A stretch of DNA of 29,321 bases from an uncultured Pseudomonadota bacterium (GTDB lineage Bacteria > Pseudomonadota > Alphaproteobacteria > RF32 > CAG-239), in assembly GCA_902495305.1 (NCBI GenBank), contig CABUWG010000025.1, positions 1 to 29,321 of the forward strand, given 5' to 3'. Positions within the stretch are counted from its first letter, which is position 1. Each line of letters begins with the position of its first letter. This document shows, piece after piece, positions 17,616-24,471 of the stretch. The translations under genes and the position numbers were made by a program. The notes beneath the pieces were generated by a model. The model saw only the letters and a list, made by a program, of their open reading frames with translations. It was not told the DNA's origin and made no database searches.

Positions 17616-18683
17616 ATGAACCTGAACAAGATATTTTCATTTGAAAATCTGATGGAAGCCCACAAACTGTGCCGGAGAAGCAAACAGCACAAACGCGGCG
17701 CCATCATGTTTGAGATTGAACTCGGACGTAACATTGCCAAACTGGCAGATGATTTGGCAAAGAAGAAATACAAACTCGGAAAATACAGGCAATTTACCAT
17801 TTTTGATCCCAAGAAACGCCTGATTGAGGCTTTGCCGTATAAAGACAGGGTTGTTCTGATGTGTTTTTGCAAATATGCGCTTGAGCCGCGTCTGGATTGC
17901 CGGCTGATTTTTGACAATGCAGCGTCCAGAAAAGGCAAAGGGCCGGAATTTGCCATTGAACGCCTCAGCGGTTTTGTCCGCAGGCTTTGCTGTCAGAAGC
18001 CGGAAGAAGACATTTACTTTCTGAAATGCGACATTGCAAAATATTTTCAGAACATCAATCACAAGATATTGTTGGAAAAACTGCGGCGGTGCGGTTTTTC
18101 TGACGATGAAATGTGGCTTATGGAACAGGTTATCCGTTCGCACGGCGAAACCGGCGTTCCGCTCGGAAACCAGACAAGCCAGTGGTTTGCCCTGCTCTAT
18201 CTGGACGAGATTGACCGACTGGCAAAAGAACGCCTGCGCGCCCCGTTTTATATCCGCTATATGGATGATTTTGTCCTGTTAAGCAAAGACAAGGCTTTTT
18301 TGCAGCGCTGCCGAAATGAAATCGGTCTGGCCTGCCGCGAAAATCTGAAATTGCAGCTGAACGCCAAAACGCAAATCGGAAAGCTGAAAGACGGGCTGGA
18401 TTTTCTCGGATATAATTTTAAGCTCACGGTTACCGGCAAGCTTCTTAAAAGCCTGCGCGCTTCTGCCCGCCGGCGGCAACGGCATTATATTAAGATGATT
18501 GCCCGTTATTATTTGCAGGATGTTCTTGACGATGAATACCTGAATGTCCGTTTTAATGCCTTTAAGGCGCATATGAAAGGTACATCTGACTGGAAATTTG
18601 TACGTGACCGGTTAAACAGCCTGAAAAAGAAGAAGCGGCTTATGAAAAAAGCCAAAGATAAAAAATCCTTGCCCGCTTGCTGA
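17616..18683 (+). CDS. DGR reverse transcriptase
   Basis: 355-aa ORF. It has the catalytic YMDD box (YIRYMDDFVLL) and the DGR-type motif LGNQTSQ (the [ILV]GxxxSQ signature). It is flanked by Avd and the TR upstream and by the VR-bearing gene downstream. Confidence 0.95.
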   Translation: MNLNKIFSFENLMEAHKLCRRSKQHKRGAIMFEIELGRNIAKLADDLAKKKYKLGKYRQFTIFDPKKRLIEALPYKDRVVLMCFCKYALEPRLDCRLIFDNAASRKGKGPEFAIERLSGFVRRLCCQKPEEDIYFLKCDIAKYFQNINHKILLEKLRRCGFSDDEMWLMEQVIRSHGETGVPLGNQTSQWFALLYLDEIDRLAKERLRAPFYIRYMDDFVLLSKDKAFLQRCRNEIGLACRENLKLQLNAKTQIGKLKDGLDFLGYNFKLTVTGKLLKSLRASARRRQRHYIKMIARYYLQDVLDDEYLNVRFNAFKAHMKGTSDWKFVRDRLNSLKKKKRLMKKAKDKKSLPAC

Positions 18684-18723
18684 AAGTGTAGTATTATTAG
18701 TGGTAACTAATGGAGGAACTCTA

Positions 18724-20697
18724 ATGAATACAACATTATTGACAGAAGATCAAATCTGGGGAAATCAGGCTCTGGATGTTATGAAGAAGTATGGAACCAG
18801 AACGGCATTGACCGATTTGGCCATCGTATTGGGCGGTTTAATGGGGCGCTCGACCACAACCTCCGAGGGTGAACGTTCCGGTTATCATTGGTCGGCGTCC
18901 GCTGATGGTAGCGGGGATGTTCGCACCGTGAATCTTGACGGAGATAAGTACTCTGGTAATCCCCAAGGACGAGAGGCCGCCGTTCGGCCCGCTTTGCCTC
19001 CATCCGAGACATCTAAAATCCGTCCGAACGCAGTGAGGACGCTGAGATTGCCCGAAGGGCAATCGCTCGAAATTTGCGAATTCGGGGCCTATCCCCAAGA
19101 CATTGTTTCGCAGAAAATTTCGCAAAATCTGGAAAAATCTTACCAAAAAAGAAATCTTAAAACAACAGGAAAGTCTTATACTTTCGATGATGCCGGCCTG
19201 ACAGATTACAGTTCTGCTTTTAAGCCTAAAACTTATCAGGAATATGAGGATTCGTCTTCCGGTAAAAGATATGTCCGTGTTGAGGGCAAACCTGCCGACG
19301 AGGATTCGATTCTGTCTGACGGAATACGCGTTCAGAAAGGCGAAGCCTATTGGCTTGAGGTCAAGCCGATTGAATGGCTGAAAGATCCGTCCGGCGTCTG
19401 GGTGGCGAAAAAAGCCCTTTTTTCCGGCGTGCAATTTGATTCCGACAGCGATTATGACGGCAATTTTGCCCAAACCGACATGAAGCGGTATCTGGACCGC
19501 TATTTCTCAAAAGAAATGCAAGCATCCCGCGATTATTCCGTAAGCCGCAGCCGCAATGTCGACGTTTCCGAAGAAAAAAGCTTTACGCCCAAACCGCCCT
19601 CGGCCAGACAGAAAAAATACGGCATTCAGGTTGTGGACGAACCGATGACGGTTAAAGACCAGATTGACTTTTATGTGCAGAACGGCATGTCCTTCATGCT
19701 GCACGGACCATCCGGCGTCGGAAAGACCGCGAGGGTGGAAGCCATTGATCCGGATTTGACTGCCGTGCCGTTGTGGAACGGCGTCTTGCCCGAAGATGTG
19801 GTCGGCAAGGTGCGTTATCCGGACGGAAAAACCGGCTTGCCCGATGAAAACAAGTCCGGCGGAGAATGGATTGCACCGGACTGGTATGTGGAGTTGTGCA
19901 AAAAATGCGAAGCCGAACCGGACAAAAACCATGTTTTGTTCATTGACGAGGTTACCAATGCCCGTCCGACGACGCAAAGTCTGATTTTTCATATAACCCT
20001 GAAAAAATCCATCAGCTCCAGCAAGGGCAAGCTGCCGGACAACGCCGTTGTCGTACTGGCCGGAAACAGCAAAGAAGAATCCGGCGCGGCGTATAATATG
20101 CCGGAGCCTTTATTCCGACGGATGTGCGGCCATATTTATCTGGAAGCGAATGTGCCGGAATGGCTGGAATGGGCCAGCGAAAAAAGCCGTAAGCATCCCG
20201 AAGATCCGGAACGTCTGAATATTCATCCGCTGGTGTCTTCTTTTGTCGGGACATACGGGCATCAGGTTTTCTACTCTTCTTATGACGAGGAAAATCCGCA
20301 GCAATGGGCAATGGATCCGCGCGGCTGGGAACAGGTTTCGGACATTATTTATGACAACAAAGGCATTATCCGGAGAGAACTGCTGGAAAGCAAAATGGGA
20401 AAAGAACTGGCGGCCAATCTGCTGGCTTATGCCAAAAATCCGCCGCTTTCGCTCGAAGAAGTGATTAACGGCGAATATTCCGAGCATGACATTCCGTCCG
20501 GCAATGATGCCCGTTTGGCGCTGACACTGAGCCTTCGGCACGTGGATGACCGGCGGGTCGGGAAAGTCAGGGATTTTATCCGAGAAAATCTCGGACGGGA
20601 AAATGAAGCCATTTTTGATTCCTTTTGGATTGGCAAAGACGATGAAAGGGCTTTGCAGATTGCCCGTCAGAAACAACTCAGAAATGCAGGGAGGTAA
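18724..20697 (+). CDS. DGR target protein: N-terminal hypervariable ligand-binding-type domain fused to AAA+ (AAA_5/MoxR-like) ATPase
   Basis: The track ORF starts at GTG 18700. ATG 18724, with GGAGGA at 18712-18717, is the likely start (657 aa). The VR encodes residues ~56-91 (WSASADGSGDVRTVNLDGDKYSGNPQGREAAVRPAL). Walker A is LHGPSGVGKT, Walker B is VLFIDEV, sensor 1 is VVVLAGN and the Arg-finger region is PLFRR. Confidence 0.9.
   Translation: MNTTLLTEDQIWGNQALDVMKKYGTRTALTDLAIVLGGLMGRSTTTSEGERSGYHWSASADGSGDVRTVNLDGDKYSGNPQGREAAVRPALPPSETSKIRPNAVRTLRLPEGQSLEICEFGAYPQDIVSQKISQNLEKSYQKRNLKTTGKSYTFDDAGLTDYSSAFKPKTYQEYEDSSSGKRYVRVEGKPADEDSILSDGIRVQKGEAYWLEVKPIEWLKDPSGVWVAKKALFSGVQFDSDSDYDGNFAQTDMKRYLDRYFSKEMQASRDYSVSRSRNVDVSEEKSFTPKPPSARQKKYGIQVVDEPMTVKDQIDFYVQNGMSFMLHGPSGVGKTARVEAIDPDLTAVPLWNGVLPEDVVGKVRYPDGKTGLPDENKSGGEWIAPDWYVELCKKCEAEPDKNHVLFIDEVTNARPTTQSLIFHITLKKSISSSKGKLPDNAVVVLAGNSKEESGAAYNMPEPLFRRMCGHIYLEANVPEWLEWASEKSRKHPEDPERLNIHPLVSSFVGTYGHQVFYSSYDEENPQQWAMDPRGWEQVSDIIYDNKGIIRRELLESKMGKELAANLLAYAKNPPLSLEEVINGEYSEHDIPSGNDARLALTLSLRHVDDRRVGKVRDFIRENLGRENEAIFDSFWIGKDDERALQIARQKQLRNAGR
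18888..18997 (+). repeat. DGR variable repeat (VR)
   Basis: It is the counterpart of the TR at 17247-17356. The substitutions fall only opposite TR adenines (A->G, C or T), mostly at first and second positions of AAY codons. The 3' end shares the GC-rich segment GGCCGCCGTTCGGCCCG. Confidence 0.9.
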
Positions 20698-20699
20698 GC

Positions 20700-21083
20700 A
20701 TGAATAACAAGAAAAAAATGCTGTTTGAGCAGGTATTGGACAATAATCCCCTGCATCCGGTCATTTTGGCCGGCTGTGAAGATCTCTCCCTGCCCTCCTG
20801 CGTCTTTATGCCGGCGGATATTGCCGAGCGGGAGCTGTTTATTCCGTCTGACTGGAGCAAAATGCTTGATTTTGAGGCGCAAAACGGCAAGGCTTATCTT
20901 TTGATTGAGGGACTGGACAGGCTGGAGCCGGCGCAGCAAAACAAATTTTGCATGCTTTTGAAAAACCGGCGGGCCGGAAACTACAAACTGCCCGACAATG
21001 TCAGGATTGTTATTCCGGTTGTCGACAAATCGGGGCTCTCCGGCGACATCCTGTCTCTTTCTCTGCTTTGGGGCGTTGAATAA
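20700..21083 (+). CDS. Small (127-aa) protein resembling a Walker-A-less AAA+ core fragment
   Basis: GGGAGG lies upstream, and the ATG is 2 nt after the preceding stop. The segment AYLLIEGLDRLEPAQQNKFCMLLKNRRAGNYKLPDNVRIVIPV resembles the Walker B to sensor 1 stretch of AAA_5 proteins. No GxxGxGK[ST] P-loop is present. Confidence 0.6.
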   Translation: MNNKKKMLFEQVLDNNPLHPVILAGCEDLSLPSCVFMPADIAERELFIPSDWSKMLDFEAQNGKAYLLIEGLDRLEPAQQNKFCMLLKNRRAGNYKLPDNVRIVIPVVDKSGLSGDILSLSLLWGVE

Positions 21084-22612
21084 TGCCGGCAGACAATAAT
21101 GACATTGATTATATCAGGGAACGGGTTCTCCGGAAATTTCCGCTGCTCGGCGTGACGATGTCTGCCCTGAACACCGTGGCTGATGACAATATTGGCACGG
21201 CGGCGACTGACGGGCATACCGTTTATTATTCTCCAAAGTTTTTTGCCCCGCTTTCCGATGACGAAAAAACTTTTATTTATGCGCATGAGGTGATGCATGT
21301 GGCTTTTAACCATATTCTGCGCAGCAAAGGCAAGAAGCAGCGTCTGTGGAATACGGCTACGGATGCCGTTATTAACCAGATTCTCCAAAACGAAGAACTG
21401 CCTATGGTTGACGGCGGCGTAGACATGGCGGAAGCCGTCAACAAATCTGCCGAAGAAATGTATGAAAAGCTCCTGAAAGAACAAGAGGAAAAGAAACAAG
21501 AAAACAAACAGCAAAAGCAAGGAAACGATCATTCCGAGCAACAGCCCGACAGCGGCCGGCAACAGCAAAATACGCCCCAGCCCCAGGAGAATAATCAGCA
21601 GGAGCAGGAAAACGCAGAAGGGGAAGAAAGCGAACAGGCCGGACATGACAATCATGAGATTTGGAAAGAAGCTGTTGAGCGGGAAGAAAAACAAAGACAG
21701 CAGCAAGAAGACAGCCGGAAACAAAAAGAGAATTCTCCGTCGCCCAAGCAAGAGAAATCGGGACAAAACCTTTTGGACAAGCTGAAAGACTTGTTTAAAA
21801 AGCAGAATAAGCCCGCAAACCAAAACGGGGCTGAAAATAAAGAAACCCGCCAAGGGAGCCCTGACGGCGCCGACAGCCCCCGTTCCAAAGGGAATGAGAG
21901 CGTTTATGAAAAGCGGTTTGCCGAAGATAACCGGCAGGAGCGCAAAAGACAAGCCGAACAGATTCGCAAGGCTTTGCAACAGCACAAAAATGAAGTTCTT
22001 AAGGCGCAATCCGAAGAATATTCCTTCGGTAACGTCGGCGAGGCCAAGGCGGTTACCGACTGGAAGAAGCTTTTAAAGAAGACTATCGAAAAGGAAGAAG
22101 ACCGCTGGTCTTACCGCCGTTCCGGCGCCGACAACGACTATATGGCCCGCGTGGAAGAACTGGAAGAAGAAAACCGCTCGGAAACGGAAGTCATGCTGGA
22201 CGTCAGCGGTTCAGTCGACGAAGACATGCTGAAAGAATTTTTACGGCAGCTGAAGCCTATTTTAAAAACCTCAAAACTGAAAGTCGGGTGTTTTGACCAT
22301 CGGATTTTTGGTTTTAAGGAGATAAAAAACAGCCGCGACATTGACAATTTCAGGGTGCCGGGCGGCGGAGGGACGAATATTGATCAGGCCGTACGGGCTT
22401 TTTCCAAGAAAAAAGACGTCAACAAGATTGTCTTTACGGACGGGTATTCCGATGATATGCCGCGGCAGGATCTGAAAAATACAAATGTCATCTGGCTTAT
22501 TTATGACAACAAGAATTTTCATCCGGTTTGCGGAAAAGTGATTTATGTCGACCGCTCCAAACTCGGGCAGGATTATATGAAAAATGTCTATTTTGCCAGA
22601 GGCGGCAGATAA
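21083..22612 (+). CDS. DUF2201-type protein: N-terminal HExxH putative metallopeptidase domain, long E/K/Q-rich linker, C-terminal vWA-like domain
   Basis: 509-aa ORF. The TAATG start/stop overlaps the upstream gene. The N-terminal region reads TDGHTVYYSPKFF...YAHEVMHVAFNHILR...NTATDAVINQ, with an HExxH motif. The C-terminal region reads VMLDVSGSV (a DxSxS MIDAS-like motif) ...PGGGGTNIDQA...IVFTDGYSD. Confidence 0.85.
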   Translation: MPADNNDIDYIRERVLRKFPLLGVTMSALNTVADDNIGTAATDGHTVYYSPKFFAPLSDDEKTFIYAHEVMHVAFNHILRSKGKKQRLWNTATDAVINQILQNEELPMVDGGVDMAEAVNKSAEEMYEKLLKEQEEKKQENKQQKQGNDHSEQQPDSGRQQQNTPQPQENNQQEQENAEGEESEQAGHDNHEIWKEAVEREEKQRQQQEDSRKQKENSPSPKQEKSGQNLLDKLKDLFKKQNKPANQNGAENKETRQGSPDGADSPRSKGNESVYEKRFAEDNRQERKRQAEQIRKALQQHKNEVLKAQSEEYSFGNVGEAKAVTDWKKLLKKTIEKEEDRWSYRRSGADNDYMARVEELEEENRSETEVMLDVSGSVDEDMLKEFLRQLKPILKTSKLKVGCFDHRIFGFKEIKNSRDIDNFRVPGGGGTNIDQAVRAFSKKKDVNKIVFTDGYSDDMPRQDLKNTNVIWLIYDNKNFHPVCGKVIYVDRSKLGQDYMKNVYFARGGR

Positions 22613-22658
22613 ATTTTTGCCGGTATGAATATTATCTGAAAAAAATTGAAAAAAATTC

Positions 22659-22687
22659 TTGTAAATAAAAAAGAAAAAATGTATATT
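22659..22687 (+). promoter_or_regulatory. Possible promoter for tRNA-Arg
   Basis: TTGTAA (22659-22664), a 17-nt spacer, then TATATT (22682-22687), about 60 nt upstream of the tRNA. Confidence 0.3.
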
Positions 22688-22749
22688 CGCTTTTGTAATT
22701 GCGGTAGGAGTGTTTTTGATGAGCTTTTGCCCTGTAAATTCTATCTTTT

Positions 22750-22826
22750 GCGCCCTTAGCTCAGCTGGATAGAGCAACAGCCTTCTAAGCTGTGGGTCAG
22801 ACGTTCGAATCGTCTAGGGCGCGCCA
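22750..22826 (+). tRNA. tRNA-Arg (anticodon UCU), CCA encoded
   Basis: I folded the cloverleaf by hand. The acceptor stem is GCGCCCT/AGGGCGC, the D arm is GCTC-AGCTGGATA-GAGC, the anticodon stem is ACAGC/GCTGT with loop CT-TCT-AA, and the T arm is AGACG-TTCGAAT-CGTCT. The discriminator is G, followed by CCA. Confidence 0.9.
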
Positions 22827-22863
22827 TATAACAGAACCCTGCAAAAAGCAGGGTTTTGTTATA
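22827..22863 (+). terminator. Long hairpin immediately after the tRNA (terminator-like)
   Basis: TATAACAGAACCCTGC-AAAAA-GCAGGGTTTTGTTATA. The stem is 16 bp with one G-U pair and has a T-rich 3' arm. Confidence 0.55.
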
Positions 22864-22981
22864 TCTGCAAGTCTTGCGCTACTAAGGAAAGCTATGTGGC
22901 CGGCATATTCTGCCGTGAGCGCCCTGCCCCAGAAATCGCGTTGCTCAGGTGGAAACTCTAAAATAAAAAGGCAATAAAAAA

Positions 22982-23007
22982 AGAGGCAAGGATGATCCCT
23001 TACCTCT
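22982..23007 (-). terminator. Hairpin terminator downstream of the 249-aa minus-strand gene
   Basis: AGAGGCAAGG-ATGATC-CCTTACCTCT. The stem is 10 bp with one mismatch, is flanked by A- and T-runs, and lies 16 nt beyond the stop at 23023. Confidence 0.5.
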
Positions 23008-23022
23008 TAAAAATTGTTGAAC

Positions 23023-23772
23023 TTAAGCCGTGGCGGTCAGAATTTCTTTTTTGACTTTCAGCTTATTAAAAAATCCGTTTACGCCAATCCGCCGGTAAAA
23101 GTCTTTGTGGTCAATTTTGCTCCAGCGTTCTTTGAACAACACCGGATAGAGCCGCCATCTTTGCGGGGTTGCAAAATAGCAATACAGATCATTCGGATCT
23201 ATATTTTTATCCCAGTAAATCATTTGCCAGGCCCACTGGAAAACCTCTTGCGCGGTTGCCGCTTTCAAACAAGATGATGACAGCATATAGTTCCTGCGCG
23301 GTTCTCCGTATTTATCAAGATGTTCTGCCAGACCGCAGATTATCTTGACCATATGTTCCCTGATATTGGGAGATTTCAGGCAGGTTTTGGCCTGTTTGGT
23401 CAAGAACTTCCAGCATCCGTCAGTCATCAATCCCGGCTGATCCCATTTTGCAGAATATTTGTCATAGCTTTCAAGCAGCAGATTATCTCTTGTCGGTTCA
23501 TGCAGAACGGCACCGTTAGACAGGCGCTGCATGGCAATTTCCAACAAGGCTTCTCCGCTTACCCAATCCTGTTTCCAGAGGTATTCTCCAAAATCGGCAA
23601 TGAGCAGCATATAGTCGTCGCCAATTCGCCAACCGCGAATGTCCTGACCTCCTTCATGCAAGATTTTTGGCAAAATGACTTTGTGAACAATCTCTTTATG
23701 AGACATTGCCTCAATTTCATTTTGGGTCATTCCTGATAATTTCGCCACTCTTTTTACAAAATTTGTGTTCAT
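23023..23772 (-). CDS. Hypothetical 249-aa protein (Trp-rich, no recognised domain)
   Basis: It is a long ORF flanked by a terminator hairpin downstream and an AT-rich divergent intergenic region upstream. I recognised no motif. Confidence 0.65.
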   Translation of the reverse strand: MNTNFVKRVAKLSGMTQNEIEAMSHKEIVHKVILPKILHEGGQDIRGWRIGDDYMLLIADFGEYLWKQDWVSGEALLEIAMQRLSNGAVLHEPTRDNLLLESYDKYSAKWDQPGLMTDGCWKFLTKQAKTCLKSPNIREHMVKIICGLAEHLDKYGEPRRNYMLSSSCLKAATAQEVFQWAWQMIYWDKNIDPNDLYCYFATPQRWRLYPVLFKERWSKIDHKDFYRRIGVNGFFNKLKVKKEILTATA

Positions 23773-24006
23773 AATTTTTTGTTTTTGGGGTTAATAATAA
23801 AGATAATTCGTAATTTACTTTTTAAAACATATCATAAATCAGGTTATTTGGCAACCCTGTTTTTTGTTTATTTGTCCAACTTAACAAAAATGTCATATTC
23901 CGCCGGAAAATTCTTATTAACTCAACTTAAACTATTTTAAGATATATTGATTTTTAATAATTGATATTTTACTTATTATATAAGTGAATCATTTGGGGTT
24001 ATGCGC

Positions 24007-24441
24007 ATGAATAAGAAATTTGGCGGTTGCTGTATGGCAGTATCTTTGTTGTTTTCTGTGGCAGTACAGGCCGCGGAAGTTGACGACTGCATTAACAATT
24101 CAAACAGTTCCGACGAGGCTTACAGCCGGTGCTGGCTGGACGAAGCCAAGCGTTTGAATACGGAAATCAAAAACAAATATGAGCAATTGGCTTCTAACAA
24201 GCTTGCGGCAGAATGGAACAAGGGTAACGGCATGTTTAAGGGGAATCTGAAAGATATGTACGATTCCTGGGTGGCTTACCGCAACCGGTTTTGTTCTTTG
24301 TCCGGCGTAGCCGGCCATTACGAAACATCTGAAAGCAAAGCTTTTCATCAGTCTTTATGTCTGGTAAACCTCAGCAAAAAACATAATCAGGAATTAGACG
24401 GGCTGCTTTCGACTTTTGCTTCTCAAATGATTAAAGATTAA
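24007..24441 (+). CDS. Secreted DUF1311 / LprI-like (lysozyme-inhibitor family) protein
   Basis: The track start is 24001. ATG 24007 has better spacing from GGGG at 23995-23998. The signal peptide reads MNKKFGGCCMAVSLLFSVAVQA/AE. The Cys...Y..C...E...Y..L...W..YR..FC spacing (YDSWVAYRNRFC) is typical of DUF1311. Confidence 0.7.
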   Translation: MNKKFGGCCMAVSLLFSVAVQAAEVDDCINNSNSSDEAYSRCWLDEAKRLNTEIKNKYEQLASNKLAAEWNKGNGMFKGNLKDMYDSWVAYRNRFCSLSGVAGHYETSESKAFHQSLCLVNLSKKHNQELDGLLSTFASQMIKD

Positions 24442-24444
24442 AAT

Positions 24445-24469
24445 AAAAGCCTCTTTTCTGAGGCTTTTT
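24445..24469. terminator. Bidirectional rho-independent terminator between convergent genes
   Basis: AAAAGCCTC-TTTTCT-GAGGCTTTT. It lies between the DUF1311 stop at 24441 and the ABC transporter stop at 24472. Confidence 0.7.
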
Positions 24470-24471
24470 GT

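Noticed and set aside
17287-17619. A 110-aa plus-strand ORF starting MNNDGDKNYNNPQKRKAAVRP.
   Set aside because: This is the DGR template repeat read in the VR frame and running on into the spacer. In DGRs the TR is a non-coding template, not a gene.
20981-22009. A 342-aa minus-strand ORF rich in L, F and repeats.
   Set aside because: It is antisense to the E/K/Q-rich linker of the vWA protein. It is a low-complexity mirror ORF with no independent start signals.
22750-23022. The tRNA-Arg 3' flank, considered as an integrase-mediated attachment site.
   Set aside because: No integrase or recombinase gene is present, and I found no duplicated tRNA 3' segment anywhere in the window. The idea is kept only as context in the island finding.
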